DNA from: Dehalococcoidia bacterium
GTDB lineage: Bacteria; Chloroflexota; Dehalococcoidia; Lucifugimonadales; QGNO01
DNA: 64,000 nucleotides
Assembly (NCBI GenBank): GCA_965116555.1
Contig: OZ220698.1
Coordinates: 1,705,011 to 1,769,010, forward strand
Direction of reading: 5' to 3'
Under the pieces are notes generated by a model. It worked only from the letters and a program-made list of their open reading frames with translations. It did no database searches and was not told the origin of the DNA. A program made the position numbers and the translations under genes. Below are positions 40,433 to 49,945 of this stretch, piece by piece. How positions within the stretch are numbered: position 1 is the stretch's first letter; the number at the start of each line of letters is the position of its first letter.

Positions 40433-41881
40433 CTACTTGATCATCGCTTCGACTCCGTAAGCCCTACGGCGAGAACGCCGGGCAACTCCGCTTCTCTGAG
40501 CGGCCTGCGCCACAGCCTTGGCTACAGCCGAAGCCACGTTTCTGTCAAAAACGTTGGGCATTATGTACTCTTCGTTGAGCTGGCTTGACGGTACGCTATC
40601 GGCAATGGCTTTGGCCGCCGCCAGCTTCATTTCAGATGTAACCCTCGATGCCCTTACGTCCAGCATGCCCCTGAAGAATCCGGGGAAGCACAGAGCGTTG
40701 TTCACCTGGTTTGGGTAGTCGGAACGGCCGGTGGCCATCACCCTTACGTGAGGCCCCGCCTCCTCGGGGAAAATCTCCGGGTCAGGGTTGGCCATGGCCA
40801 AGACAATGGCGTCTTTGTTCATCGCCTTTACGTGGTCGACTTCGAGCACGCCTGGGCCGGACAGTCCAACGAAGAGGTCCGCGCCTTTCATGGCGTCCAT
40901 CAACGAACCCTTGAAGTTATCCTGGTTGGTATTCTCGGCAAACCACCGTTTGGAGTCGTTGTCTCCATAGTCCCGATCGCGGTGAAGCACGCCCTGGCGG
41001 TCAGCGCCAACTACGTCCGTTAGCCCGGCATCCATGAGCATCTGGGTAGTGGCCATGCCGCCCGCGCCAACGCCCACTACAACGGCCTTCATGTCCTCAA
41101 TCTTCTTGCCGGTGACTTTTGCCGCGTTGAACAGCGCCGCCGTCGTGGTCACCGCGGTGCCGTGCTGGTCGTCATGGAAAATGGGGATGTCCAGCTCTTC
41201 CTGGAGCCGCTCCTCTATATAGAAGCACCTTGGAGCCGATATGTCTTCCAGGTTGATCCCGCCGAACCCGACGGCTAGGTTCTTCACGGCTTCAACAATT
41301 TCGTCCTGATTCTTAGTATCCAAGCAGATGGGCCAGGCGTCGACGCCCCCCAGCTCCTTGAACAACATGGCCTTGCCTTCCATCACGGGCATGGCCGCTG
41401 CCGGGCCTATGTCACCCAAACCCAGCACCGCCGTTCCATCCGTCACTACGGCCACGGTATTGGCCTTGGCGGTAAGGTTCCACATGGAATCGGGGTCTTC
41501 GTGGATGGCCATGCATACCCGCGCCACCCCGGGCGTGTACGCCATTGATAGGTCGTTGCGAGTCCTCACCGGGCTCTTGGAGCGCATCTCTATCTTGCCG
41601 TTGAGATGCAGAAGGAAGGTTGGATCTGACACGCTGACCACGTTGACGCCGGGCAGGGCCTTCACCTTGGCCACTATTTCCTGGCCGTGATTCACGTCCC
41701 TGGCGTTGATGGTGATGTCCCTGACCACCTTGTTCTGGGACGACTGCACCAGGTCCAGCGCCGAGATGTCGCCTCCTATCTCACCGATAGCAGAGGTGAT
41801 GTCTCCTAGCTGCCCGGGCTGGTTGGGATATTCAGCCCTTATTGTCACACCGTACGCTATTGCAGGATATCTGACTGCCAT
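40433..41881 (-). CDS. NAD(P)-dependent malic enzyme with N-terminal ACT domain (copy 1)
   Basis: [18 protein letters not shown]... (ACT), then [23 protein letters not shown] and VVVGVGAGG. Basic C-terminal tail [15 protein letters not shown]. The start is set at ATG 41881. Confidence 0.9.
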   Translation of the reverse strand: MAVRYPAIAYGVTIRAEYPNQPGQLGDITSAIGEIGGDISALDLVQSSQNKVVRDITINARDVNHGQEIVAKVKALPGVNVVSVSDPTFLLHLNGKIEMRSKSPVRTRNDLSMAYTPGVARVCMAIHEDPDSMWNLTAKANTVAVVTDGTAVLGLGDIGPAAAMPVMEGKAMLFKELGGVDAWPICLDTKNQDEIVEAVKNLAVGFGGINLEDISAPRCFYIEERLQEELDIPIFHDDQHGTAVTTTAALFNAAKVTGKKIEDMKAVVVGVGAGGMATTQMLMDAGLTDVVGADRQGVLHRDRDYGDNDSKRWFAENTNQDNFKGSLMDAMKGADLFVGLSGPGVLEVDHVKAMNKDAIVLAMANPDPEIFPEEAGPHVRVMATGRSDYPNQVNNALCFPGFFRGMLDVRASRVTSEMKLAAAKAIADSVPSSQLNEEYIMPNVFDRNVASAVAKAVAQAAQRSGVARRSRRRAYGVEAMIK

Positions 41882-41956
41882 TTTTGATGCCTCCTTCAGG
41901 CAGATTCCCATTTGCGGCCACAATCATACACTACAGCCAGCCCAATGGGTACTCCC

Positions 41957-43405
41957 CTACAATCTTTGCCTGGTTCTGGACATGGTTCTGCGTCTCTTGC
42001 GGCGCGCAACCCCTGTACGCCTAGCCGCTATTGCCACCGCACGCGCCACGCTTCTGACCATAGCCCTATCGAAAACGCTGGGCATTATATACTCCTCGTT
42101 CAAGTGGCGGGATGGGACGGCACTGGCTATCGCGTGCGCCGCGGCCAGCTTCATCTCGCTGTTCACCTCTCTTGTCTGGGAGTCCAAGAGTCCTCTAAAA
42201 ACTCCGGGAAAAGCCAGGACGTTGTTTATCTGGTTGGGATAATCGGAACGACCCGTTGCCATCACCCTTACGTGGGGCAGCGCATCCTCCGGGCTTATCT
42301 CCGGCTCCGGATTGGCCATGGCGAACACAATGGGGTCTCGGTTCATCACCTTCAGGTGGTCAACGTTGATCACGTTTGGACCGGAGAGCCCGACGAACAC
42401 GTCCGCCCCTCTCATAGCGCCCAGCAGGTCGCCGCGGAAGTCGTCAGGGTTAGTATTTTCAGCAAACCATCTCTTGCCGGAATGTTCGCTGAAGTCCATG
42501 CCCCTGTGAAGAACGCCCTCCCTATCGTAGCCGATGATGTGGCAGCTTCCCGCCTCCTCTATCAGCTTTGCGGTGGCAACCCCTGCCGCGCCCGCGCCCG
42601 ACATCACAATCTTTATCTCGTCTATCCTCTTGCCCACGACCTTTAGCGCGTTGTACAAAGCCGCCATCACCACAATGGCGGTGCCGTGCTGGTCGTCATG
42701 GAACACCGGTATGTCCAGCTCCTCCTTGAGCCTCTCCTCTATGTAGAAGCAGTTTGGCGCGGCGATGTCTTCCAGATTTATCCCCCCAAAGCTGGGCGAA
42801 ATGTGCTTCACTATCCGGATGATTTCCTCAGGAACCGTGGTGTCCAGGCAGATTGGCCAGGCGTCCACACCGGCAAGCTCTTTGAACAGCAGGGCTTTGC
42901 CTTCCATGACCGGCATAGCCGCCGCCGGGCCTATGTCCCCCAGCCCCAGCACGGCAGTCCCGTCCGTGACAACGGCTACGGTGTTGGACTTGGAGGTGAG
43001 CGCCCAAGCGACGGAAGGGTCTTCATGGATGGCAGTGCTGACGCGAGCCACCCCCGGCGTATAGGCCAGCGAAAGATCATTGCGTGTGCGAATCGGCACC
43101 TTGGACGCCATTGATATCTTGCCGCCAAGATGCAGCAGGAAAGTTGGATCGGAGACGCTCCTTACACGAACGCCGGGCAACGACTTTATGGTGGTGGCAA
43201 TCTCAATGCCGTGGTCGACATTTCGCGCATTGACCGTTATGTCCCTCACCATCCGCCCGCGGTCCGTGGAGACTATGTCTATGGCTCCAATGTCGCCGCC
43301 CACTTCACCGATGGCCGTGGTGATTACGCCTAGCTTGCCTGGCACGTTTTCGTAGCTCACTCTGAGAGTAACGCTATAGGCAACTGCGGGATAGCGATTA
43401 GTCAT
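41957..43405 (-). CDS. NAD(P)-dependent malic enzyme with N-terminal ACT domain (copy 2, tandem paralog)
   Basis: Collinear with copy 1 (MTNRYPAVAYSVTLRVSY..., [33 protein letters not shown]). Basic tail RRKRRRTMSRTRQRL. Confidence 0.9.
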   Translation of the reverse strand: MTNRYPAVAYSVTLRVSYENVPGKLGVITTAIGEVGGDIGAIDIVSTDRGRMVRDITVNARNVDHGIEIATTIKSLPGVRVRSVSDPTFLLHLGGKISMASKVPIRTRNDLSLAYTPGVARVSTAIHEDPSVAWALTSKSNTVAVVTDGTAVLGLGDIGPAAAMPVMEGKALLFKELAGVDAWPICLDTTVPEEIIRIVKHISPSFGGINLEDIAAPNCFYIEERLKEELDIPVFHDDQHGTAIVVMAALYNALKVVGKRIDEIKIVMSGAGAAGVATAKLIEEAGSCHIIGYDREGVLHRGMDFSEHSGKRWFAENTNPDDFRGDLLGAMRGADVFVGLSGPNVINVDHLKVMNRDPIVFAMANPEPEISPEDALPHVRVMATGRSDYPNQINNVLAFPGVFRGLLDSQTREVNSEMKLAAAHAIASAVPSRHLNEEYIMPSVFDRAMVRSVARAVAIAARRTGVARRKRRRTMSRTRQRL

Positions 43406-43546
43406 TGTTTGGTTTCATTGGCTTCCCTTGACATGGCGGTGAGCTATCATATCGCCTTCGAATCAATATCGCCACCATGTTCCCGTCCCACTTGGTTATC
43501 GCGACCAACCAAAGCAATCCAGCATTGGCAAGCATCCTGATGCAGG

Positions 43547-45574
43547 CTACGCCACCCTTTTGCGACGGCTGCTCAGGTAGTCCACCAGCACAAACTCGCC
43601 CAGCCTGTCCGGAGTGGTATAGAAGGCCCTGCCCTTGTTGATTCGAGTCATCCGGTCAACAAAGTCCAGCAGGTAAAAGCTGGTCTCCAGCATGAACGTG
43701 TTGATTACTATTCCTTCCTGCGTGCACCGTTTGACCTCTTTCAGTGTCTCGTGAATGGTGCGGGGGCTGGGCGGATAGGCAAAGTAGGTGCGACCGTCCT
43801 CCACGTGTGCAGTCGGCTCGCCATCCGTAATCATTATTATTTGTCGAGTGCCTCCCTTATCCCGCGAAAGCAGCCTGCGAGACATCATAAAAGCGTGATG
43901 CATATTGGTGCCGGAAAGCCATGAATTCCAGTTCGCCTCGTGCAGGTCCTCTCCCTTCAACTCGATGGCCTGGTCGGAGAAACCTATAACGTAGAGCCTG
44001 TCATTGCGAAACTGCGACTGCACCAGGGTGTAGAGAGCAATCGCCACTTTCTTGGCGGCAATGAAGCTCCCAAACATGCCCATGGAACGGCTTTGATCAA
44101 GCAGCAGACAGGTGGAGGTGCGTGTGACCTCCTCCTTGCGGTTGATTTCAAAGTCTTCCGGTATGAGCCTTACCGGCTTCTGAGGTCCGCTTCTGGTAAT
44201 GGCGTTCATAACCGTCCGGTTCAGGTTCAAATCGAAAGGATCGCCAAACTGATACGGCTTTGTTTCTCCGGACTCTTCTCCTGACAGGCCCCTATCGTGC
44301 AACTCATGTTCGCCAAAGCGATCCTTGCTCAACCGTGAGAAGACCTCATGCAGCACTTTCTGACCCAGCTTCCTCATGCCTCTTGGCGTCAGCTCCAATC
44401 TACCGCCGCTTCGCTTCACGTAGCCCGCTTCTTCAAGCTTTTGCGCCGCGTTCTTCAGAGCTTCCAGCGTGCGACGCGCCTCCTCGCCAAGCATCTCCTC
44501 CACTTTTTCCAAATCCACGTCGTCTAAGTTCCCCCGGTCCAGGACGTCTCGCAACTGACGCTCCAGGTCGTCCACGTCCTGCAGGCTGCGCATCAAGTCC
44601 ATGGCCTGAGTCATGGTCAGAGGCTCATCTCCCAAGAACCGATACTGGTCTCGCAGGTCTTCCATGGGATACATCCGCTCCATAGCCGCGGCGAGCTGGG
44701 CCAGTTCATCCATGGTCTCCACGTCCAGCAAGGAGTCGGCAAGGTCTTCCAGCTCTCGCCGCATCTCCGGCGACATGCTGTCCAGCAGCGATTGCATCTG
44801 CGCCATCTGACGGGCCAGGTTCTCCATTAGCTCGTCCAGGTTTTCAGGCCGGTCTTCGCCAAACATGGAGCCGTACCTGTCCATGAAACCCTGGAAGTCG
44901 GGGGCACGGCCCATAGCTCTGTCCTGCAACATCTGGTTCAGATCGCGCAGCATCTCCCTAATGCCCGACATTTGCTGGGGCGTCATTCCCTGCATCTGCT
45001 GCTTCATTCCCTGGAAGTAGTTCTGCAGCATCTGCTGTTGAAGCATGTCAAGGAGGTCTTGGAACCGGCTCCGCGCTTCGGGGTCCATGAAGTCATAGTC
45101 GCGCAGTTCCTGGATAGCTCCCGCCGGGCTTTCCGAAAGGTTGTCCAACCTGTCCCGGCTGCGGTTGGCCCTCTCTTCCAGCATCTTGAGCAACTCCTGT
45201 ATTTGCCCTGGGTCCTCTTCGCGCCTCTGCGCAGCCTCCTCCCTGGCTTCCTGCAGCCGCTTGTCTATCCCCTCCCGCTCGGCGCTGACCACCTGCTCCA
45301 GCCGTTCCTTGATATCCTCAAAAACGGAGTCCAAGTTGTACCGTTCCAGGTTCTGACTGCGTTGCTCGCGCAGTCTCTCCATCATCTGGCGCAAACCTTC
45401 CAGGTTGCGCCCTTCATCACCGCGAAAGCCGCGACGCATGAAGTTGCGCAACGCCCTGGACACGTCGCCGTGCATCATCACGTCTTCGGCAAGCTGGTCC
45501 ATCAGCAAGTCTTCATCCAGATCGAAGACTTGCTGCGTGCCGTCCCAGCGACCATATCGGTAAACGTAGCTCAT
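43547..45574 (-). CDS. Large von Willebrand factor A (vWA) domain protein with a long charged helical middle region, CoxE-like
   Basis: 675 aa. The C-terminal vWA has a MIDAS-like LLLDQSRSMG...TNMHHA...IIMITDGEPT. The N-terminal half is a Glu/Arg/Met-rich predicted coiled-coil. Confidence 0.8.
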   Translation of the reverse strand: MSYVYRYGRWDGTQQVFDLDEDLLMDQLAEDVMMHGDVSRALRNFMRRGFRGDEGRNLEGLRQMMERLREQRSQNLERYNLDSVFEDIKERLEQVVSAEREGIDKRLQEAREEAAQRREEDPGQIQELLKMLEERANRSRDRLDNLSESPAGAIQELRDYDFMDPEARSRFQDLLDMLQQQMLQNYFQGMKQQMQGMTPQQMSGIREMLRDLNQMLQDRAMGRAPDFQGFMDRYGSMFGEDRPENLDELMENLARQMAQMQSLLDSMSPEMRRELEDLADSLLDVETMDELAQLAAAMERMYPMEDLRDQYRFLGDEPLTMTQAMDLMRSLQDVDDLERQLRDVLDRGNLDDVDLEKVEEMLGEEARRTLEALKNAAQKLEEAGYVKRSGGRLELTPRGMRKLGQKVLHEVFSRLSKDRFGEHELHDRGLSGEESGETKPYQFGDPFDLNLNRTVMNAITRSGPQKPVRLIPEDFEINRKEEVTRTSTCLLLDQSRSMGMFGSFIAAKKVAIALYTLVQSQFRNDRLYVIGFSDQAIELKGEDLHEANWNSWLSGTNMHHAFMMSRRLLSRDKGGTRQIIMITDGEPTAHVEDGRTYFAYPPSPRTIHETLKEVKRCTQEGIVINTFMLETSFYLLDFVDRMTRINKGRAFYTTPDRLGEFVLVDYLSSRRKRVA

Positions 45575-45699
45575 AAAGGCCTTTGCATAATGCGGATTTT
45601 GCCTATTTTACTCTACTCTTGGCTAAAGGATGACAAATAGTTTGCTATCCTTTGCCGCCTTTTCGTATAATCGGCAACACGTTCATCAGGGAGGGACTT

Positions 45700-46593
45700 G
45701 TGAAACCGTTCTCTTTTGCTGGGCCAAAGACTCTAGAAGAGATGAATCAGGTGCTGGCGCAAGCCAGCTCTCACGGAGACATCCGCCCCATTGTCGGCGG
45801 CACGGACCTTGTTGACCAGGTGAAGAGCGGACGGCGTACCCCCTCCGTCATCATGGACATCAAGCGGATCCCTGAGATGAACCGTCTGGAGTGGGTCCCC
45901 GGCGAAGGACTGCACCTTGGAGCAGCCGTCAATTGCACGGATACCGCGGCCTTCTCACCGGCCATAGAAAGCTACATGGCCATCAAGGAGTCTTGCCAGC
46001 TTATAGGCTCCATACAGATACAGAACCGCGCCAGCGTGGTGGGAAACATCGCCAACTCTGCGCCCTCCGCCGACGCCGTGCCCGGTATGATGGTGCACGG
46101 GGCGCGAGTCGTAATTGTGGGGCCGTCGGGACAGCGCGAGGTGGCCCTTGACGATTTCTTCACCGGGCCGGGCCGGAACGTACTGGCCCCGGATGAAGTC
46201 ATCTTGGAGACAATAGTGCCTCCGGCTGAGGACAACAGCAGCAGCCACTACATGCGCTTCATCCCCAGAAATGAGATGGACATAGCGGTGGCGGGCGTGG
46301 CAAGCTTTGTCGCCCTAGAGCCGGGCACGCGCAACTGCACCAAGGCCCGCATAGCCCTCGCATCCGTAGCTCCCACGCCGGTGCGCGCCAGGGCGGCTGA
46401 GGCGCTGCTTGAGAATAACGAGATCACCGCCGAGCTTGTCCGCGAGGCAGGCGAGAAGGCGGTGGAAGCCGCCAGTCCCATCGACGATGTTCGCGGCACT
46501 GTGGAGTACCGCAAAGAGCTGGTGCGAGTGCTGACCCGCCGCACCTTGCTCATGTGCATGGAATCACTCGGTCAGCCGCTACAGGTAAATTAG
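45700..46593 (+). CDS. FAD-binding subunit of a xanthine dehydrogenase / CO dehydrogenase-family molybdoenzyme (CoxM-like)
   Basis: IVGGTDLVDQVK and RASVVGNIANSAPSADAVP motifs. GTG 45700 is preceded by GGGAGGG. Confidence 0.85.
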   Translation: MKPFSFAGPKTLEEMNQVLAQASSHGDIRPIVGGTDLVDQVKSGRRTPSVIMDIKRIPEMNRLEWVPGEGLHLGAAVNCTDTAAFSPAIESYMAIKESCQLIGSIQIQNRASVVGNIANSAPSADAVPGMMVHGARVVIVGPSGQREVALDDFFTGPGRNVLAPDEVILETIVPPAEDNSSSHYMRFIPRNEMDIAVAGVASFVALEPGTRNCTKARIALASVAPTPVRARAAEALLENNEITAELVREAGEKAVEAASPIDDVRGTVEYRKELVRVLTRRTLLMCMESLGQPLQVN

Positions 46594-46611
46594 TTAGCCA
46601 GGGAGGAGATT

Positions 46612-47082
46612 GTGCCAAAGATACCCGTTTCTTTCACTGTCAATGGAGATCCCGTGGAGATACTGGTGGAGCCGTGGCAGACCCTGATGGACGCTTTGCG
46701 AGACGAGCTCCAACTCACCGGAACCAAGGAAGGTTGCAGCAACGGCAACTGTGGAGCCTGTACGGTCATGCTGAACGGGCGCGCCATAGACTCCTGCTGC
46801 ATGCTGGCCGCTGAAGTGGAAGGCCAGGAAGTCATCACTATAGAGGGTCTGGCAAAAGGCGGAGAGCTGGACCCGCTGCAAAGGGCATTCATAGACTACG
46901 GCGCTCTCCAGTGCGGGTTTTGCATCCCAGGCTTTTTGGTTTCGGCTAGGGCGTACCTCAACACAAACCCACACCCCTCCGAGGACGAGATCCGCCACGC
47001 TATCGCAGGCAACCTTTGCCGCTGTACCGGCTACGACAAGATAGTGCGGGCCATTCAGCACGTGGCGGATACAACCGACTGA
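46612..47082 (+). CDS. [2Fe-2S]-binding small subunit of a xanthine dehydrogenase-family enzyme (CoxS-like)
   Basis: GCSNGNCGACTV, CGFCIPG and CRCTGY motifs. Confidence 0.9.
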   Translation: MPKIPVSFTVNGDPVEILVEPWQTLMDALRDELQLTGTKEGCSNGNCGACTVMLNGRAIDSCCMLAAEVEGQEVITIEGLAKGGELDPLQRAFIDYGALQCGFCIPGFLVSARAYLNTNPHPSEDEIRHAIAGNLCRCTGYDKIVRAIQHVADTTD

Positions 47083-47176
47083 GGCCCTATTGAGCGCGTG
47101 GCGTACTTCTGTCAAGGAGTCTGCTGCTGCGATGGTCCAGTACAAGCGGGCGGGCGGCATCGAGGGACAATAGAGA

Positions 47177-47803
47177 ATGTCTGGGTGGTTTGGATACAGT
47201 CCATCGGAGGGTGAGGAGTCGCCTAGCGACGCAGCGTACAGCCGCGTGACCAACCCTGAGCGCTTTCGTCCGTTGCATACCGCTGTACTGGAGACCATAG
47301 ACCGGCTGGAGACCCAATTCGAAGTTGAGCGCTCAGAAGGGTATGGTCTCGACGATGAGTTGGAGAAGGGCCCCTTCCTTGCTTGCCTCGACCTTGCCCG
47401 CCCGGATGTCAGACTCACCCCCAAGGACCCTGATGCTGCGCCTATGGTAGTGGCGTTTTCGACTTTCCCCGGTCTTTATGTCCGGTTCGGACGATGGTAC
47501 ATCGAGCCTTTTCCAGACTGTGGCTGCGATGCGTGCGATGAGGCAGCAGAAGGCGAAATCGAAAGGCTTACCTACATGATTGACGACGTGACCGCCGGGA
47601 GGTTCCGCGAGGCGATCGAGGTTCCCCCTGTTTCCTTTACGGGGTCCGGTTGGATGGAAACGAGGTTCTGGTCGCCTGAGGATGGGAGACCATCCACGAG
47701 ATCCCGAAGTAGGTCTCGTATTGACGGTCGCCGCGCGCGTGAGATGTCCGGGGGGAGTCGTCGACTAGACCTGAACTGGAAGCCATGGCCCCGTAGGCAG
47801 TAG
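47177..47803 (+). CDS. Hypothetical protein with a FPDCGCDACDE motif (resembles actinobacterial DUF6226 by memory)
   Basis: 208 aa with YSRVTNPERFRPLH near the N-terminus, a CGCDACD motif, and an Arg/Ser-rich C-terminus. Confidence 0.6.
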   Translation: MSGWFGYSPSEGEESPSDAAYSRVTNPERFRPLHTAVLETIDRLETQFEVERSEGYGLDDELEKGPFLACLDLARPDVRLTPKDPDAAPMVVAFSTFPGLYVRFGRWYIEPFPDCGCDACDEAAEGEIERLTYMIDDVTAGRFREAIEVPPVSFTGSGWMETRFWSPEDGRPSTRSRSRSRIDGRRAREMSGGSRRLDLNWKPWPRRQ

Positions 47804-47861
47804 GGAAAAGTACTCAAATCAGGACGATACCCATTGAGGAACCTTGCGAAGCGCCGCCAAG

Positions 47862-47890
47862 TTGACGGCTGCCCGTCAAGTATCTACAAT
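47862..47890 (+). promoter_or_regulatory. Candidate promoter driving the TPP riboswitch
   Basis: TTGACG (47862..47867), a 17-nt spacer, then TACAAT (47885..47890), about 25 nt upstream of the aptamer P1 stem. Confidence 0.5.
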
Positions 47891-47914
47891 GCCCGTTAAC
47901 AACTGAATATCCCG

Positions 47915-48003
47915 ACCAAGGGGGAGCCTACACCAGGCTGAGAGGTCCCAATCCGGGGCGACCCTTGAACCTGATCTGGGTAATACCAGCGTAGGGAGTT
48001 GGT
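47915..48003 (+). promoter_or_regulatory. TPP (thiamine pyrophosphate) riboswitch aptamer, THI-box
   Basis: ACCAAGGGGGAGCC...GGCTGAGAG...ACCCTTGAACCTGATCTGGGTAATACCAGCGTAGGGAGTTGGT. The conserved CUGAGA and ACCCUUGAACCUGAUCUGG.UAAU.CCAGCGUAGGGA cores are present, closed by an ACCAA/TTGGT P1 stem. Confidence 0.9.
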
Positions 48004-48021
48004 TACAGCGCTCCACAAATT

Positions 48022-48061
48022 AGGGGCCTCCGGTTCTCAAAGCTGGAGGCCCTTATATTTT
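48022..48061 (+). terminator. Riboswitch expression-platform terminator
   Basis: The GGGCCTCC / GGAGGCCC stem (48024..48052) is followed by TTATATTTT, just before the transporter SD (GGAG) and ATG. Confidence 0.6.
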
Positions 48062-48071
48062 GGAGCGGCAC

Positions 48072-49538
48072 ATGTCTACAGAGACCCTGTCTATCATCAT
48101 TGCAGTACTTACCGCGCTGGTATTCGCGGCGATAGGCATTCTATACATACGGGGCCGCAGGCTCAGCGTGGAAGAGTTCATAGTGAACCGGAACACGGCC
48201 GGCGCGGGAGTTGCCGTCGCCACCGTTGTTGCTTCCATAGCCGGCGCATGGATACTCTTCAGCCCCGCCGAAACGGGGACGTGGGCCGGTCTGATAGCGC
48301 TCATTGGCTACGGCATAGGCCAGGCCGCGCCTATCGTCGCCTTTGCCATCATCGGCCCCCGTATGCGGCGTCTCATGCCGCAGGGGCACTCAGTGACCGA
48401 ATACGCCTGGCACCGATTCGGCAAGGCCATGTACGTATTCGTGCTGGCCGTGATGCTGTTCTATATGTTTGTCTTCCTCTCCGCCGAGCTTACCGGCACC
48501 GCTCTGGCCCTCAATCTCATCGCCGACGTGCCGCTTATCTGGACGGCCTTGATCGTAGCCATCGGAACGCTTGCCTACACGGCGTACGGAGGAATCCGCG
48601 CCTCCGTATTCACCGATACGGTACAGTTCCTGGTCATACTCCCGCTTTTTCTCATCGCCTTTGTGGCAACCGTGGTAGCCATCGGAGGCTTCGGCGATGC
48701 CTTCGAACCCGTGCGCGACTCTTCACCGGAGCTCCTCTCCTTGTCGCACACACCCGGCATAGAGTTCGGTCTCACGCTGATCATCGCCGTGTTCGCCGCC
48801 AACATGTTTCACCAGGGCTTCTGGCAGCGCGTGTACAACGCCAAGGACAACAACACCCTGCGCAAGGCGTTCACCATAGGCGGAATCCTGGTAATCCCCA
48901 TCATCATCCTGGCCGGTCTCTTCGGCATTATGGCCGCCGGCCGTGACGTCCCCGCCGATCAGGGCTCGGTGGCGTTGTTCTGGCTGATCCTGGAGGTCCT
49001 GCCCACCTGGGCCGTAATGGTGATACTGGTGCTTGCACTGGGACTGGTTATGAGCAGCATGGACACCCTGCTCAACGGCATAGCCAGCGCCGTGACCAGC
49101 GACCTACCCAGGGTGAGACCCTCCATCGGGACGGCGCTCCTCCTCCGCTGGTCTCGCGCTATTACGGTGGTCGTGGCCATCCCCGCCGTATTCATCGCAG
49201 CTCAGGGCTACAGCGTGCTCTACCTCTTCCTGATTGCGGATTTGGTTTGCGCCGGCGCCGCGTTCCCTGTCTTCTACGGGCTTTACAGCAAACGGCTGAG
49301 CGGTACGGCGGCTCTGACAAGCTGCATCGTCGGAATCGCGGTTGGCACGCTCTTCTTCCCCAAGCCGGACTTTTCACCCTGGTTGGACATACCTTGGGGC
49401 GGCAAGTTCCTGGTTAGCTTTGGCGCGGCATTTGCCGTTTCCACGGTCATGGCGCTGGCGTGGAGCATGATTTCCCGCACGGCGCAGGATTACGATTTCG
49501 AAGGGCTGCGGGAACGGGTGGAGGCAATTCCAGGCTAG
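48072..49538 (+). CDS. Sodium:solute symporter (SSS) family transporter; candidate thiamine-precursor importer
   Basis: ~488 aa polytopic protein with an SSS-like N-terminus (..YIRGRRLSVEEFIVNRNTAG..). Directly controlled by the TPP riboswitch, with thiD downstream. Confidence 0.85.
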   Translation: MSTETLSIIIAVLTALVFAAIGILYIRGRRLSVEEFIVNRNTAGAGVAVATVVASIAGAWILFSPAETGTWAGLIALIGYGIGQAAPIVAFAIIGPRMRRLMPQGHSVTEYAWHRFGKAMYVFVLAVMLFYMFVFLSAELTGTALALNLIADVPLIWTALIVAIGTLAYTAYGGIRASVFTDTVQFLVILPLFLIAFVATVVAIGGFGDAFEPVRDSSPELLSLSHTPGIEFGLTLIIAVFAANMFHQGFWQRVYNAKDNNTLRKAFTIGGILVIPIIILAGLFGIMAAGRDVPADQGSVALFWLILEVLPTWAVMVILVLALGLVMSSMDTLLNGIASAVTSDLPRVRPSIGTALLLRWSRAITVVVAIPAVFIAAQGYSVLYLFLIADLVCAGAAFPVFYGLYSKRLSGTAALTSCIVGIAVGTLFFPKPDFSPWLDIPWGGKFLVSFGAAFAVSTVMALAWSMISRTAQDYDFEGLRERVEAIPG

Positions 49539-49666
49539 CGGGCGAACATGGTGTTGGGACGCAAATCTAGGGTTAGTTTAGCCGGAATCTTTGCGCCTCA
49601 TTATTGCTATTGCTATCATTAAGCAGTACGGGACACTTCGGAACAAACGGAATTACGAGGCAAACT

Positions 49667-49945
49667 ATGGCTACAGTTCAGGAAATGATCCAAGGCCTGG
49701 GAGGGTTGGAAGCTATACGGCAACGCAGCGAGGAGTTTTGCCAAGCCGTTGACTTTTTCATCAGCCAAGAGAAAGCCCTTGTTGCTGAGCATCCGTATAA
49801 GTGGGTTGTCGTGACCAAAGACAGGGACGTGGTGCTTGGCGACTCTCTGGAAGACGTGTTAGCTGAAGCCGAGCAAAGAGGCTTTAGGAACTCGGATATT
49901 CTGGTTAGGCACCTTGACCCTGACCCACCGGCCTTGCTCCTGTAA
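49667..49945 (+). CDS. Small hypothetical protein, DUF5678-like C-terminal half (antitoxin-like size)
   Basis: 92 aa. ..HPYKWVVVTKDRDVVLGDSLEDVLAEAEQRG.. resembles DUF5678 by eye. Its stop overlaps the next ATG (TAATG). AT-richer than neighbours. A possible own promoter is TTGCGC-17-TATCAT at 49591..49619. Confidence 0.6.
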   Translation: MATVQEMIQGLGGLEAIRQRSEEFCQAVDFFISQEKALVAEHPYKWVVVTKDRDVVLGDSLEDVLAEAEQRGFRNSDILVRHLDPDPPALLL

